From NCBI GenBank assembly GCA_033764955.1, contig JANRIL010000042.1:64001-128000 (forward strand): 64,000 bases of DNA. Reading direction: 5' to 3'. A model generated the notes under the pieces. It did not search any database. It saw nothing but the letters and a program-made list of their open reading frames with translations, and was not told the DNA's origin. The stretch is from Cyanobacteriota bacterium (lineage in GTDB: Bacteria; Cyanobacteriota; Cyanobacteriia; Thermostichales; Thermostichaceae). Position 1 is the stretch's first letter, and every line of letters begins with the position of its first letter. Shown piece by piece: positions 1-12,077 of this stretch. The position numbers were made by a program, and so were the translations under genes.

Positions 1-102
1 GCCATGCAGCAGGATCCTGCCCTTGCCAAAGGACTCAATGTGCAGGCCGGACGGCTGATTCATCCCGCTGTGCAAGCGGCTTTTCCCCAGTTGGCTGATT
101 AA
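1..102 (+). CDS. ald: 3' end of alanine dehydrogenase (partial, runs in from the window edge)
   Basis: Frame 1 reads AMQQDPALAKGLNVQAGRLIHPAVQAAFPQLAD*, matching the typical Ald C-terminus. Confidence 0.75.
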   Translation, partial: AMQQDPALAKGLNVQAGRLIHPAVQAAFPQLAD

Positions 103-127
103 AAAACCAGCCAGTTAAAGTACCCAT

Positions 128-1846
128 CTAAAACAAGAAATACCGTTGCGCCATCGGTAAAACCTCAGCTGGTTCGCAGGTCAGGAGTTCTCCATCCGCC
201 CGCACCTGATAGGTTTCGGGATCCACTTCTAAATGGGGGGTATAAGTATTGAGCTTGAGATCGGCTTTGCTGATCTCCCGGCAGTTTTTCACCGCCACCA
301 CCGGACGCTCCAATCCCAGTTGAGTGGGGATCCCCAGATCAAGGGCGGCTTGGGAGGTAAAAATCAGGCTGGTTTGGGTGAGCGCCTGCCCAAAGCTACC
401 AAACATCGGACGAGACCAAACGGGCTGGGGGGTGGGAATGGAAGCATTGGGATCCCCCATTTGGGCATAGGCGATCAAGCCTCCCTTCAACACCAATTCC
501 GGTTTGACCCCAAAAAAAGCAGGCTTCCACAGGCAGAGATCGGCTAGTTTGCCCACTTCCACGGAGCCAATCACATGGCTGACCCCTTGGGCAATCGCCG
601 GACAGATGGTGTATTTAGCAACATAGCGTTTGGCGCGATGGTTATCATGGCGAGCCGAATCCTCCGCTAGGGATCCCCGTTGTTCCTTCATTTTGTGGGC
701 AGTTTGCCAGGTTCGTAGAATCACCTCCCCCACCCGTCCCATCGCCTGCGAGTCGGAGGAGATGATGCTCAACACCCCCAGATCATGAAGGATATCCTCG
801 GCAGCAATCGTTTGAGGACGAATGCGAGACTCGGCAAAGGCGATATCTTCCGGCACCTCTTTGCTTAAGTGGTGGCAAACCATCAGCATATCGAGATGCT
901 CTTCGATGGTATTGCGGGTAAACGGGCGGGTGGGATTGGTGGAACTGGGCAAAACATTAGCCTCCCCCGCCAAGCGCAAGATATCAGGGGCATGACCGCC
1001 GCCCGCCCCCTCGGTGTGAAAGGTGTGGATGGTGCGACCGTTGATGGCGGCAATCGAGTCTTCCACAAAACCCGACTCATTCAGGGTGTCGGTGTGAATC
1101 AACCCTTGCACATCGTAGTCATCACAGATGCCCAGACAGGTGTCGATCACCGCCGGAGTGGTGCCCCAGTCCTCATGCATTTTGAGTCCACAGGCTCCGG
1201 CTTCCACCTGTTCCCGCAAGGGATCCCGGCTGGCGCTGTTGCCTTTGCCAAAAAAGCCCAGATTGAGGGGAAACGCCGCCGCCGCTTGCAGCATTTTGCC
1301 CAAATTCCAGGCTCCGGGGGTGCAGGTGGTGGCATTGGTTCCCGTGGCAGGGCCAGTACCCCCCCCCATCAGGGTCGTTAAGCCAGAGGCAATCGCCACC
1401 TCACAGATTTGCGGGCAAATGAAGTGAACGTGGACATCAATCCCACCCGCCGTCACAATCAGCTTTTCTCCCGCGATCACCTCGGTGCTAGCCCCCACCA
1501 CCATCCCCGGCGTCACCCCCGGTTGAATATTCGGATTGCCCGCCTTGCCAATCCCGACGATCAGCCCATCGCGGATCCCGATATCTGCTTTAACAATCCC
1601 CCACCAGTCCAAAATCAGCGCATTGGTAATCACCAGATCGAGGGCACCCCCCGCCCGTGTTGTAAAGGGAGACTGTCCCATGCCATCGCGGATGGTCTTG
1701 CCCCCCCCAAACTTGATTTCCTCTCCATAAACCGTGAAATCCTTTTCCACCTCGATCAGCAGAGAGGTATCGGCTAATCTCACCCGATCCCCGACGGTTG
1801 GGCCATAAGTGTTGACATAGGCGCGACGGGGAATTTCCAGAGTCAT
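128..1846 (-). CDS. ureC: Urease subunit alpha
   Basis: 572 aa; motifs [49 protein letters not shown]; ends [10 protein letters not shown]. Confidence 0.98.
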   Translation of the reverse strand: MTLEIPRRAYVNTYGPTVGDRVRLADTSLLIEVEKDFTVYGEEIKFGGGKTIRDGMGQSPFTTRAGGALDLVITNALILDWWGIVKADIGIRDGLIVGIGKAGNPNIQPGVTPGMVVGASTEVIAGEKLIVTAGGIDVHVHFICPQICEVAIASGLTTLMGGGTGPATGTNATTCTPGAWNLGKMLQAAAAFPLNLGFFGKGNSASRDPLREQVEAGACGLKMHEDWGTTPAVIDTCLGICDDYDVQGLIHTDTLNESGFVEDSIAAINGRTIHTFHTEGAGGGHAPDILRLAGEANVLPSSTNPTRPFTRNTIEEHLDMLMVCHHLSKEVPEDIAFAESRIRPQTIAAEDILHDLGVLSIISSDSQAMGRVGEVILRTWQTAHKMKEQRGSLAEDSARHDNHRAKRYVAKYTICPAIAQGVSHVIGSVEVGKLADLCLWKPAFFGVKPELVLKGGLIAYAQMGDPNASIPTPQPVWSRPMFGSFGQALTQTSLIFTSQAALDLGIPTQLGLERPVVAVKNCREISKADLKLNTYTPHLEVDPETYQVRADGELLTCEPAEVLPMAQRYFLF

Positions 1847-2117
1847 GGGTAGAGCCAGCCATAAAGGTCAAGGATGCTGGTTTTATACCACAGGATGTCC
1901 CCAGCCTGGATAACCAAATGATGGGATCCCTTTAGCTAGGCAGGGGAAAGTTGGAAAGATGCTTTTTTCCGGGTCGCCGTCACCCCCTTAGACTCTCTTA
2001 CATATTTATTACCCATAAGTTGTGGTCTCAGGGCTGTCCTCAGCAATGCCCAATCCCCCCTCCCATCCCTGGATAAAAGGTTGAGAGGATAGTGGGTTCA
2101 GTAAAATTTTTGGAGAA

Positions 2118-2190
2118 TACCCCCAAGGGGATTCGAACCCCTGTCGCATCCGTGAAAGGGATGTGTCCTGGGCCTCTAGACGATGGGGGC
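2118..2190 (-). tRNA. tRNA-Glu (anticodon TTC)
   Basis: Reverse complement GCCCCCATCGTCTAGAGGCCCAGGACACATCCCTTTCACGGATGCGACAGGGGTTCGAATCCCCTTGGGGGTA: 73 nt cloverleaf, anticodon stem CATCC/GGATG around CTTTCAC, GGTTCGAATCC T-arm; CCA not encoded. Confidence 0.97.
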
Positions 2191-2441
2191 AGAGGCATTT
2201 CGACAAGAACACCATCCTAGAATTAAATTTTGACGCTTGTCAATCACCAAAGATCCGCACATCTGCTTCCCAGAGGATCCCCTTCGCTGGAGGATTGGGT
2301 CATCGCCGGATCCCTGCCAACCCCAAAATCGAGGTATTCTAAAGCTGGCGTGTTGTTGATGGCTAGCCCTCCTTCAAGGCTTGTGCATCCTTTGCTCAGC
2401 GTTACGTTTGCCCCTGTTGAGTTACTGCGGAGATTTCCTTG

Positions 2442-2822
2442 ATGCGTCAGATCAACTTCCTGATTTTGTTTGCCATTTTGCTAGCTATCTCGCTCTTTGC
2501 TATGCAAAATGCCAATCCAGTAGCCGTCACCTTTGCCCCTGGAGTTTCGGTTCAACTGCCTCTTGTCTTGGAGTTATTGGCGGCGGCGGGTGTGGGCGCA
2601 ACCTTTGCCTGGATGTATGGCCTGTGGATGAAGATGCAGTTTATGGTGGAAGTCCGCGATAAAAACCGTGAAATTCAGGAGAAGGAAGGGCAGATCAATG
2701 AACTCAAGCAAATCGTAGTAGACCTAGAAACTACCGTGAAAGCCCTTCCTCCCAGCAAACGAGCCGAACCTCCTCAGGAAGAAGAAATTACCGTCAGCGA
2801 GGGATCCACTATTGCCTCCTAG
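2442..2822 (+). CDS. LapA/DUF1049-family membrane protein with C-terminal coiled coil
   Basis: Two hydrophobic segments flanking FAMQNANPVAV, followed by a charged coiled coil. Confidence 0.75.
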   Translation: MRQINFLILFAILLAISLFAMQNANPVAVTFAPGVSVQLPLVLELLAAAGVGATFAWMYGLWMKMQFMVEVRDKNREIQEKEGQINELKQIVVDLETTVKALPPSKRAEPPQEEEITVSEGSTIAS

Positions 2823-2961
2823 GCCATTTTCAGCATCCGCGTGGAGGGATCCCGAAGGCAGGCAGACAGCGGTCAATGTGAGAATTTTGTGATGAGCAGC
2901 GCAACTTTCAACCGTAACCACTATACTTGATAGGCTATTGGTTTTAGGTTCACTGTCCATC

Positions 2962-4482
2962 ATGCAAGTGACTCAGGAAAAGCGCCCAGGCAGTCAGGTT
3001 GGGTTGACCATCGTTGTTGACGCAGAACAGGTCAAAAAAATCTACGACAAAACGGTGCGAGATCTCGTGCAAAATTTTCAGGTGCAGGGATTTCGCAAAG
3101 GGAAAGCACCCCGCCACCTCGTCATGCGCTACCTGGGGAAAGAACGGGTGGTGGCCAATGTCATCGATGATTTGATCAATGATTCGGTTACCACAGCCTT
3201 TCACCAAACCAAGCTGACCCCCATCAACAAATTCCAGATCGAAAGCGATATCCCCCAACTGATCGGCAGCTTTGATCCGGCAGGGGAGTTTACCTTTGTT
3301 GGATACGTAGAGGTTTATCCTGAGGTGACGCTGGGCAACTATAAAAACTTAACCGTCAGTCCCACCCGTGTGGATATGGATCCGCAGCAGATTGCCGCCA
3401 CCATCGATCGTTGGCGGGAGCAACGGGCTACCCTCCTGCCAATTGAAGATCGTCCCGCACAACTGGGGGATGTAGCGGTTGTGGATTTCTCAGGGGTGGA
3501 TAGCCACGGGGATCCGATAGAAGGAGGCTCAGCCACTGACTTTCAACTGGATTTGCAGGAGAGCAACTTCATCCCTGGCTTTGTGGCGGGGGTTGTGGGA
3601 ATGCAACTGGATGAAACCCGTGAAATTGCCGCTCAATTTCCAGAGGACTATTTTCAAGAGGCATTGGCTGGACAGGCGGCTACTTTTACCGTCACCCTCA
3701 AAGAATTAAAGGCCAAAGAACTACCCGAATTGGATGATCCGTTTGTTCAAGAGATCAGTGATTTTCAGACCGTGGATGAACTAAAGGAGCATCTGCGCTT
3801 GCGCTTGATCCGCGAGGCTGCGGTCAAATCCAAAGACAACCTAGAAGCAGCCATTATTGAGCAGATCTTGGCGGTCACCGAAGTAGACCTGCCCGTCAGC
3901 TTGATTGAGCAAGAATCCTCTCAGTTGTTAGCGCAAAGCCTCAGCAGTATGCAGGAAAAAGGACTCGGCGTTCCAGATATTCGGCAATTTATCTCCAGCC
4001 TGCCACAGGAAACCCTTAACAATTTAATGGAACGCTTTCAACCGGAGGCCATCAACCGCCTCAAACGCACCCTAGCCTTGGGGAAAATTGTTGAGAATGA
4101 ACGTATCTCCGTCGGTGAAACGGAGCTGGAGGTGGCGGTTCAGGAAGTTTTGGACAACTACCCCCAGACTCGCCAGGATGTTAAACGATTACAGAAGATC
4201 ATTCATGAAGACTTGTTGACAAACAAGGTGATGAACTGGTTAAAATCCAACACCACTGTCACCTGGCTGGATGGAGAAGGCAACCCCATTGACGCTCCTG
4301 AGCTGGCAGAAGCCGAGGAAGAGTCGGCATTGGATTCAGCCTCCAGCATCCCTGAGGCCGAATTCACGGAAGAAGTGGAGGATAACCGCCTCACTTCTGA
4401 AGACTCTCCACAAGCATCTCTACGCGAATCTCCACCAGTAACGGGTGAGGATGTGCTGACAACCGAGGATCCTGTCCTCTAG
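2962..4482 (+). CDS. tig: Trigger factor (PPIase chaperone) with acidic C-terminal tail
   Basis: GFRKGKAP ribosome-binding signature, FKBP domain (GDVAVVDF...FIPGF...FPEDY); ATG at 2962 preferred to TTG at 2938. Confidence 0.95.
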   Translation: MQVTQEKRPGSQVGLTIVVDAEQVKKIYDKTVRDLVQNFQVQGFRKGKAPRHLVMRYLGKERVVANVIDDLINDSVTTAFHQTKLTPINKFQIESDIPQLIGSFDPAGEFTFVGYVEVYPEVTLGNYKNLTVSPTRVDMDPQQIAATIDRWREQRATLLPIEDRPAQLGDVAVVDFSGVDSHGDPIEGGSATDFQLDLQESNFIPGFVAGVVGMQLDETREIAAQFPEDYFQEALAGQAATFTVTLKELKAKELPELDDPFVQEISDFQTVDELKEHLRLRLIREAAVKSKDNLEAAIIEQILAVTEVDLPVSLIEQESSQLLAQSLSSMQEKGLGVPDIRQFISSLPQETLNNLMERFQPEAINRLKRTLALGKIVENERISVGETELEVAVQEVLDNYPQTRQDVKRLQKIIHEDLLTNKVMNWLKSNTTVTWLDGEGNPIDAPELAEAEEESALDSASSIPEAEFTEEVEDNRLTSEDSPQASLRESPPVTGEDVLTTEDPVL

Positions 4483-4615
4483 CTAGAGGGGATCTCCCCT
4501 TCTGAGGAAGTAGCCGCTACTGCCACAGAGGAAACACCAGAGGAAATATCACAGGAAACACCCGAAGAAACCGAACCATAGGTCAACCCATTTCAGCCCT
4601 TAGGAGCCGCTCTAA

Positions 4616-5620
4616 CTATGGGATCCCAAAGTGTTGAAAGGTTTGCTCCCGTTGCAAAAAGCCGTCGCCCAGCAACTCGACCCTCTGGGTGGGATCCCTG
4701 GGGGCTGGGATAACCTCCCCAATCACCTGGGATCCCGGTAGCAGGCTGACCAATCGATCGGCGGCGGTGGCGGGCATACTCAGCAACAGTTGAAAATCTT
4801 CTCCGCCATAGAGTGCCCACTCCAGGGCTTTTTCTGGGAAAACGGCCTGCAAATCAGGGGACAACGGGATCCGCGTTGGATCGATGCGGGCACCCACCTG
4901 ACTGGCCACTGACATTTGCAGGAGGGCATCAGCTAGGCCATCGCTGGTATCCATGCCTGCTTGCACCGGAGAACCGAGATCCGCTAAGAGAGGCACCACA
5001 TCAAGGCGGGGCTGTGGATATTGGTGGGCTTTGATCAGGGCTTGTCTTTGGGAAAGGGATCCCCCACTCGTGGACATATTGGGATGGAGCAGCAGTTCTA
5101 GCCCAGCCCGTGCATCCCCGTGATACCCTGTCACCAGCCAGACATCCCCCACCTGCACCGCTTTACGATAGAGAGCTTTTGCTGGATTTACCTCCCCCAA
5201 AGCAGTAATCGCCAGAAAACGGGTGGCGGAACGGCAGAGATCTCCCCCCACTAGGGATACCCGCCAGGGATAGAGTCCGTCTTGCACCCCCTGATAAAGT
5301 TGATAAACCCACTGCAACGAGGTTTCTCCCGTCAAGCCCAGCCCAATCACCAATGACATCGGTCGGGATCCCATCGCCGCCAGATCCGACAAATTGGCGG
5401 CCACCGCTCGCCATCCCACGGCATGGGCAGGGGTAGTCGCGGGGCTAAAATGCACCCCCTCCACCAAAACATCGGTTGTCACCACCAACGAGGCAGAGCA
5501 AGGGGGGAGTACCGCCGCATCATCCCCCACGACGGCGGTAGGGGAAAAACTCTGTAAAAGAGGCAGTAATCCGGCTTCCCCCACCTGATTGAGGGTTAAA
5601 TTCAGGTCAGGCCAATCCAT
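4616..5620 (-). CDS. thiL: Thiamine-monophosphate kinase
   Basis: GDDAAV, TTDVLVEGVHF, NLSDLAAMG, GGD, DTSDGL, GGEDFQLL motifs; start uncertain (ORF open to 5692). Confidence 0.93.
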   Translation of the reverse strand: MDWPDLNLTLNQVGEAGLLPLLQSFSPTAVVGDDAAVLPPCSASLVVTTDVLVEGVHFSPATTPAHAVGWRAVAANLSDLAAMGSRPMSLVIGLGLTGETSLQWVYQLYQGVQDGLYPWRVSLVGGDLCRSATRFLAITALGEVNPAKALYRKAVQVGDVWLVTGYHGDARAGLELLLHPNMSTSGGSLSQRQALIKAHQYPQPRLDVVPLLADLGSPVQAGMDTSDGLADALLQMSVASQVGARIDPTRIPLSPDLQAVFPEKALEWALYGGEDFQLLLSMPATAADRLVSLLPGSQVIGEVIPAPRDPTQRVELLGDGFLQREQTFQHFGIP

Positions 5621-5664
5621 AGAAGACTTGTGTTTTGAGTGGGTTAGCAAGGGTGCAGCCATTC

Positions 5665-7533
5665 CTAGCTGACTTGAGGTTGTAACCGCCAATCGGATCC
5701 CAACCCGATGATCCGCTCCGCCGCTTCTTGGTCAAGAGGGGGGCTAAAAAAATAGCCCTGACCATATTGACAACCCAAGACTTTTAATTGGGACAGTTGT
5801 GCCGCCGTCTCAATGCCTTCCGCCACTACTTGGATCCCTAGATTATCCGCTAACGCGATAATCGCCCGCACAATCCCGATATTTTCGGCATTGACCCCCA
5901 CTTGACTGACAAACGAGCGATCAATTTTCAGGGTTTGCACGGGGAAACGATGCAGATAGCTGAGGGAGGAGTAGCCCGTGCCAAAATCATCGATACACAA
6001 TTCGATCTGGCGCGCCCGCAACTGACTCAAAGTCGTGGTGGCAGATTCAGCATTGTCCATCATCGTGCTTTCGGTAATTTCGACCTTGAGGTGGGAACTG
6101 ATCACCCCTGTTTCCTGCAAAATCTGATCAATGCGACCCATCAGTTCAGCTTGGGCAAACTGGCGAGCCGACAAATTGACATTCATGGTAAGAGGACGAG
6201 AACGGGGATAGTGTTGCTGCCAACGGTGCAGTTGTTGACAAGCCGCCCGTAAAACCCATTCCCCAATCGGCACAATTAGCCCCGTCTCTTCGGCAGCAGG
6301 AATAAACTTAGCAGGGCTAAGCCGTCCCTGCTGGGGATGTTCCCAACGAATCAAGGCTTCAAACCCAACCATTTCCCCCGACATTAACTGAACCAGAGGT
6401 TGATAGACTAAAAAAAACTCCTGACGTTCGAGGGCATGGCGCAGATCCGTTTCCAGTTGCAGACGGTTGATGGCCTGGGTATACATCACACTTTCAAACA
6501 CCTGGTAACGGCCTTTCCCAGAGGATTTAGCCTGATACATAGCCGTGTCGGCATCCCGCAATAAATGTTCTGCCTGCTCGTAGCCCTCCCCCAGCACAAT
6601 CCCAACACTGGCATTCAAAAACACGTCCTGTTGCGCCAGCGTAAATGGCTTTTGTAGCTGTTGATGGATTTGCTCCGCGTATTGTTTGGCCTGCTCCACA
6701 TCTCGGATATGTTCCAGTAGCATGACAAATTCGTCCCCCCCTAGCCGTGCCAACAAGCCCAGGGATCCCTGTAAACAATCTTGCATACGGCGAGCCACCG
6801 CGATCAGCAGTTGATCGCCGGCAGAATGGCCAAGAGAATCATTGATCACCTTGAAGCGATCGCAATCAATAAATAAAACCGCAAACTCATACTCCCGATT
6901 TTGTTTGGCGCGGCTCAGATTGTCCTCCAAACGCTTCATCAACTGGGTGCGGTTGGGTAAATCCGTCAGGCTATCGTGTAGGACGCGGTGAAGAAGCTGC
7001 TCTTGAATCCGTTTGCGTTCCTCGATTTCCCGTTGCAACGCATGGTTAGCCAGTTGCAATTGGGCGGTGCGCTGCTCCACCCGTTGCTCCAGTTGAGCAT
7101 TCAGTTCTTGTAGTTTTTGCTGCATCCGCCGGATATTGAGTTGATTTTCCACCCGCGCCAGCACCTCTTCAAACTGGAAGGGTTTGGGAATGTAATCTAC
7201 CCCCCCCACCGCAAAAGCCTTAACTTTGTTGAAGGTGTCATCCAGAGCGCTGATGAAAATCACCGGGATCCCTTGGGTGGTGGGATCCGCTTTCAGCCGT
7301 TCACACACCTGGTAGCCGCTCATCTGAGGCATGTTGATATCCAACAAAATCAGGTCAGGAGCCGCTGTTTGTACAGCAGTTAGAGCCATCGGCCCGCTTA
7401 AGACTTTGCGAACCTTATATCCCTGTCCTGTCAGCAGGCTTTCCAGCAAACGCAGGTTGGCTAAGGTATCATCCACAACCAGGATATTGCCCTTGCTTTC
7501 GAGAGCCGGATCGGGGGGGGAGAGGCTAGTCAT
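5665..7533 (-). CDS. Response regulator with REC-GGDEF-EAL domains (c-di-GMP cyclase/phosphodiesterase)
   Basis: REC (ILVVDD...LLDINMP), intact RLGGDEF, EALIRW and [14 protein letters not shown] overlap with the upstream kinase. Confidence 0.93.
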   Translation of the reverse strand: MTSLSPPDPALESKGNILVVDDTLANLRLLESLLTGQGYKVRKVLSGPMALTAVQTAAPDLILLDINMPQMSGYQVCERLKADPTTQGIPVIFISALDDTFNKVKAFAVGGVDYIPKPFQFEEVLARVENQLNIRRMQQKLQELNAQLEQRVEQRTAQLQLANHALQREIEERKRIQEQLLHRVLHDSLTDLPNRTQLMKRLEDNLSRAKQNREYEFAVLFIDCDRFKVINDSLGHSAGDQLLIAVARRMQDCLQGSLGLLARLGGDEFVMLLEHIRDVEQAKQYAEQIHQQLQKPFTLAQQDVFLNASVGIVLGEGYEQAEHLLRDADTAMYQAKSSGKGRYQVFESVMYTQAINRLQLETDLRHALERQEFFLVYQPLVQLMSGEMVGFEALIRWEHPQQGRLSPAKFIPAAEETGLIVPIGEWVLRAACQQLHRWQQHYPRSRPLTMNVNLSARQFAQAELMGRIDQILQETGVISSHLKVEITESTMMDNAESATTTLSQLRARQIELCIDDFGTGYSSLSYLHRFPVQTLKIDRSFVSQVGVNAENIGIVRAIIALADNLGIQVVAEGIETAAQLSQLKVLGCQYGQGYFFSPPLDQEAAERIIGLGSDWRLQPQVS

Positions 7534-10500
7534 GATGGCTGAGTCAGGCGGATCAACTGTTCAAAATCAAGCTGTTGGACGAGCCGCATCAGGAGGTTAG
7601 CGAGATCTTGCTGAGAGTGAGGGAGTTGCGAAATTAGGGCTAGCATCGCTTCTTCATCGGCAGAAAGAGAGGCTTGATGAAAGACATTCAACCACTGGCT
7701 GGGCTGGCTGGCCAGACGATCCGCAATTGGGGTTAAGTCAGTCAAACCAGGAGGCGGGGATCCAGAAAGGTTGGGATCGGTAGGCTCATACTGATAGGTT
7801 AACCCCAAGTGTTCAGCCATTTTTTCAAAGATTGTGGACTCTTGAAATGGTTTACGCACATAATCATCACATCCCACTGATAAAACGATCGCCCGTTCTT
7901 CCTCCATAGCACTGGCGGTCAGGGCAATGATAACAGTCGCCTGTCCTTTTAACTCAGATTTAATCTGGCGCGTAGCTTGATATCCATCCAAGACCGGCAT
8001 CCGCATATCCATCCAGATCAGATGGGGATCCCACTCTCGCCAAATGGCAATCGCCTCTTCTCCATTCACAGCGCTGCGGGTAGCAAATCCCGTCAAGCTG
8101 AGCAATTTGCTCAATAATTCACGATTTTCAGGTTTATCATCGACGACTAAGATGCGCGGTTCGTCTTGATGGGGAGCCAGCCCAATCACCCGTTGCTTGT
8201 TGATCTTTTGAGCCACAGGGGAGGAATTGGCTCTCCCAAAAGGCAAGATAAACCGGAAGGTGGATCCCTGCTGCACCTGGCTTTTGACCTCCAGTTCTCC
8301 CCCCATCATCTGCACAAAATGACGGCTGATCGCTAAACCCAACCCCGTGCCCTCATGGGATCTCAATCCCCCCTGAGCCTGCACAAACGGTTGAAAGAGC
8401 TTTTCCAATTCTAGGGGAGCAATTCCTTGCCCAGTGTCGCTAACTCGAAAGTCTAGGTCATAGGTGGCTGCGGTAGGGGAGTCGGGTGGCTGCGCCAAGC
8501 GGATCTCCAGTCTAACCTCACCCTGGTGGGTAAATTTGATGGCATTGCTGAGGAGATTGATCAAGATTTGCCGGAGCTTTCCTTCATCCCCTACTAAACA
8601 CTCCGGCACCTGACTATCGACATGGAAGGAGAGGTGCAGATGTTTAGCCTGAGCACGTATGATGAACATACTTTTCAGATGGCTGATCAAACGAACCAAA
8701 TCGAAGGTTTCAACATGCAGAAGGGTGCGTCCAGCTTCAATTTTAGACATCTCCAGCACATCGTTGATCAAATTGAGCAGATGTTCGCCACTGCGGTTAA
8801 TAATCTCCAGGTTCTCTTTTTGGGCAGCAGTTAAGTGGGGATCCCGATCCATCAATTGGCTAAAACCCAAGATGGCATTGAGAGGGGTTCGTAATTCATG
8901 GGTCATGTTAGCCAGGAAAGCACTTTTGGCTCGATTGGCGGCTTCGGCAGCTTCTTTGGCTTTGACCAATTCGGCTTCAATCAATTTCCGTTCGGTGGCA
9001 TCCGTTCCCACCGACAGAATTTCAACCAGTTGTCCTTGTTCATCAAAAATAGGACGATTGGACCAGGAAACCCAAACCCGTTCGCCATCGCTGCGGAGGT
9101 TTTCGTTCTCATTCCAAAGATAGAAATTGGGATGCACACAAATATCTTGCATTAACCCTTGCAAATCACGACCGGATGACTCAGTTGGCGGCACAATCGT
9201 ACCCACCAAGTTTTTGCCTAACAAATAGGCTTCGCTATAACCAAAGAATTTTTGTCCGAACTCATTGATAAAAGTGATTTCCCCTTTTACATTCCAGCGG
9301 AAAATAATTGAATTAGCCGCTTGCACTAGATAACGATATTTGGCCTCGCTCTGTTCTAGTTCCTCTTCGATTTGCTTGCTTTGCGTAATATCCTCAAAAA
9401 TTCCCATACTCAGTTGAGGTCTATCCTGATCGTCTAAAACTAAAGAAACACTCACCCGTAGCCAGATCATTTGGCCATCTTTGCGAATACAGCGTTTATT
9501 AATTTGATAATAGTCTCGCTCCCCTGCGACCAATTGTTCCCAAAGGATATCTTCTAAGAGCAAATCATGAGGCTCAGTATACTCACGATAGGTAACTGTT
9601 GATGATAATTGCTCCACCGAATATCCCAACATAGTTGCCAGAGCTGGATTTACCTTCAGAGTTTTTCCACAAAACTCATCCAACACAATTCCTACAACAG
9701 CGTTGTCAAAAATGGCACGCAACAGGGCTTCACTGTGCCGCAAATTAGCTTCGCGGATTGCCAATTCCTCGAGGATTTGTTTTTGCTCAGTAATATCCGA
9801 AACGATGCCCAAGATGCCGATGACGTTGCCATCTCCATCATGCAACGGCACCTTAATGCCACTGATCCAGAGGGATCGCTCATGCTGCTTGTCGATGAGC
9901 CGAAAGTCGCTATGGGCGGGGGCGTTGTTTTGCAAAACCTGTTGATCAACTTGGCGAAAGATCTTGGCCTGCTGCTCTCCCCAGGGTAGATCAAAATCAG
10001 ACTTGCCAATCATCGCGGCGGGAGAAGCCACCCCCGCTTGCCGAGCTGCCACCTGATTGCAGCCTAAATAGATGGAGTGTCGATCCTTCCAAAACACTCC
10101 CTGAGGAATGGTATCCAGCACCGTTTGCAACATCTGCTGGGATCCCCGAAGCGCCTCTTCCGCCTGCTGTCGTTCGGTTTGCTCAAGCGCCATGCTGACC
10201 AGACCCGCCATCGCGGTAGCAAACATTTTTTCATCGGCCAACCAAGTCCGCGCCCCCCCCACATGAGCACAACACAACACCCCTTCGATCTGATCCCCCA
10301 AAAAAATGGGGATATCCAGGAGGGATCCAATTCCTAGCGGTTGCAAATGATCGGGAACCAGCTCGCGGGTGCGGGGATCTTGCCAACAATCATCGGCATC
10401 AATGATTTGATTTTGGTCAAGGCTGGCAAAATATTGGGGATAGTCTTGCCGTTGCAAGGGTGGGCTTGATTCGTGCCGTTGCCGATGTCGATCAAATAAA

Positions 10501-10769
10501 TCCAAACAGTAAATCGACTGACGGTCGGATTCCAACCGCCAAATGCTTACCCGCTCCACTTGCAGGGTATGAGCTACCAATTCCGTGAGTTGCGCTGCCT
10601 TCGTGGATAGATCCCCCCCGCGAAATCCTTTGCTGCCAATCAAGGTAGAAAGGGCGTGTTGCTGAAGGGCTAAGCGCGCCTGCGCCTCTTGCCAGAGATG
10701 TTGATGGAGGATGGGTTGAATCGTTGTCATAACTGGGATCCCCTGTGGGTTTGGCAACGATAGCCTCAA
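7530..10769 (-). CDS. Hybrid sensor histidine kinase GAF-PAS-PAS-PAS-HisKA-HATPase-REC
   Basis: N-terminal GAF, three PAS/PAC (DITE-type ends), H-box [32 protein letters not shown] (ILVVDD...WMDMRMP); start may be the ATG near 10730. Confidence 0.92.
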   Translation of the reverse strand: MRLSLPNPQGIPVMTTIQPILHQHLWQEAQARLALQQHALSTLIGSKGFRGGDLSTKAAQLTELVAHTLQVERVSIWRLESDRQSIYCLDLFDRHRQRHESSPPLQRQDYPQYFASLDQNQIIDADDCWQDPRTRELVPDHLQPLGIGSLLDIPIFLGDQIEGVLCCAHVGGARTWLADEKMFATAMAGLVSMALEQTERQQAEEALRGSQQMLQTVLDTIPQGVFWKDRHSIYLGCNQVAARQAGVASPAAMIGKSDFDLPWGEQQAKIFRQVDQQVLQNNAPAHSDFRLIDKQHERSLWISGIKVPLHDGDGNVIGILGIVSDITEQKQILEELAIREANLRHSEALLRAIFDNAVVGIVLDEFCGKTLKVNPALATMLGYSVEQLSSTVTYREYTEPHDLLLEDILWEQLVAGERDYYQINKRCIRKDGQMIWLRVSVSLVLDDQDRPQLSMGIFEDITQSKQIEEELEQSEAKYRYLVQAANSIIFRWNVKGEITFINEFGQKFFGYSEAYLLGKNLVGTIVPPTESSGRDLQGLMQDICVHPNFYLWNENENLRSDGERVWVSWSNRPIFDEQGQLVEILSVGTDATERKLIEAELVKAKEAAEAANRAKSAFLANMTHELRTPLNAILGFSQLMDRDPHLTAAQKENLEIINRSGEHLLNLINDVLEMSKIEAGRTLLHVETFDLVRLISHLKSMFIIRAQAKHLHLSFHVDSQVPECLVGDEGKLRQILINLLSNAIKFTHQGEVRLEIRLAQPPDSPTAATYDLDFRVSDTGQGIAPLELEKLFQPFVQAQGGLRSHEGTGLGLAISRHFVQMMGGELEVKSQVQQGSTFRFILPFGRANSSPVAQKINKQRVIGLAPHQDEPRILVVDDKPENRELLSKLLSLTGFATRSAVNGEEAIAIWREWDPHLIWMDMRMPVLDGYQATRQIKSELKGQATVIIALTASAMEEERAIVLSVGCDDYVRKPFQESTIFEKMAEHLGLTYQYEPTDPNLSGSPPPGLTDLTPIADRLASQPSQWLNVFHQASLSADEEAMLALISQLPHSQQDLANLLMRLVQQLDFEQLIRLTQPS

Positions 10770-10940
10770 AACGTGGCTCTATTTGCAAGCTGCAATTCGA
10801 TCCCCTACTGGGATTCGATGCTGCTTAGATCGGGTCTCACCTCTCAATCTATTGTTACTTTTCTGATCCGTTGATAAAAGTTATCTTTTTTACTGAATCC
10901 TACTGAATTTAACCAGAAATTCTCCTTGATGCCATCGCGG

Positions 10941-11993
10941 CTATTGAGGTAGCACCTGTACGGAGCTATCCACCGCAAAAGTCACCTGAAAGGTCTCGGC
11001 TTCCCTGGGCAAATCAGTGGGCACCTCTTCCGGCACGTCTGCTAGAGGAGTTTCCCCTTTGCGAGAGGCCGCCGTTTCGTTTTGGGGCACGGCCACAATC
11101 GGGATCCCTTGGGCATCAACGGTGACGGTATAGGTAAGCGGTTGTGGATCGGCGCTTTGGTTTTGCCACTGTTGTTGTAGGGTCTGCTGTAACTGGGCGG
11201 CCAGAGGGCTGAGGGAGGCATCCCTTTCTGTGGAGGCTGACTTGGAGGCTGTGATATCCACCTGAGTCGGAGCTGGTTCCACGGCTGCTGGTGGAGCTGC
11301 TTCCCCAGATTTATTCTCCAACTCTTGGCTGGAATCGGTGGTTTCGGGTAGCGCTGGATTGCCCGGAGCCGCTTGGGTAGAGGCAAGAGCCTCTGGATTA
11401 GCTGGAGTAGCGGCGGGTTCAACCACCTCGCTGGATGCGGTTTGTGACTCGCTGGGCTGAGAGCGATTCACCTGGGTAGCCAGAACGGCAATCGCTCCCG
11501 CTAACCCGATGGATCCCACCAAGAGGGCGGCAATGCCTGGGGCTTGGCTATACCAGGGACGCGCTAGGGTGGGCTTGAGGGAGGTCAGTTGCGGCATATC
11601 GAGGGTGAGAGCCGTCACTGCCTCCATCAGATCAAAGAGCTGGCTCATGGAGAGATCCACCTGACCAATCCCTTCCCCTTGGCGCACCGTCAACCGATGA
11701 AAAATAAAATCGAGGGGGCGAATCGCCACCGTACCGCTAAAAGTACCTTGGGGTTGGCCACGCAGTTGGGCACTGAGATAGCGCTGCGTGACGGCAACCA
11801 GATCATTTAACAGCACAACATCCCCTGTCAAGGTTTTGTAGGCTTCTCCCTGACGAATTTCTAGGGTGCAGGTGAGGGAGCGGCGGATAGCGGCGGGGGA
11901 AGCACTGTCTTTGCTGGTGGTGGCGGATTCTCCAGCAACTTTGAGCAGGCAGGTGGGCTGACGATATTCCTGTTGAATAGTAGTGGTTGGCAT
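10941..11993 (-). CDS. DUF4335-like cyanobacterial protein with one transmembrane helix
   Basis: N-terminus IQQEYRQPTCLLKVAG and LSMSQLFDLMEAV resemble DUF4335; adjacent to DUF3038-like gene as usual in cyanobacteria. Confidence 0.65.
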   Translation of the reverse strand: MPTTTIQQEYRQPTCLLKVAGESATTSKDSASPAAIRRSLTCTLEIRQGEAYKTLTGDVVLLNDLVAVTQRYLSAQLRGQPQGTFSGTVAIRPLDFIFHRLTVRQGEGIGQVDLSMSQLFDLMEAVTALTLDMPQLTSLKPTLARPWYSQAPGIAALLVGSIGLAGAIAVLATQVNRSQPSESQTASSEVVEPAATPANPEALASTQAAPGNPALPETTDSSQELENKSGEAAPPAAVEPAPTQVDITASKSASTERDASLSPLAAQLQQTLQQQWQNQSADPQPLTYTVTVDAQGIPIVAVPQNETAASRKGETPLADVPEEVPTDLPREAETFQVTFAVDSSVQVLPQ

Positions 11994-12077
11994 AGCAGAT
12001 GGGGATGAGCGAGGGTAAAAATTCTGGAGGAGAAGCCATAAGCATGGGGGATAACAAGCCGGAGGAATGGGGGATCC

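Noticed and set aside
2009..2215. 68-aa ORF on the minus strand
   Set aside because: Overlaps tRNA-Glu; spurious translation of the RNA gene.
2090..2440. tRNA-Glu as an integration site for an island
   Set aside because: No integrase and no duplicate of the tRNA 3' end seen in the window.
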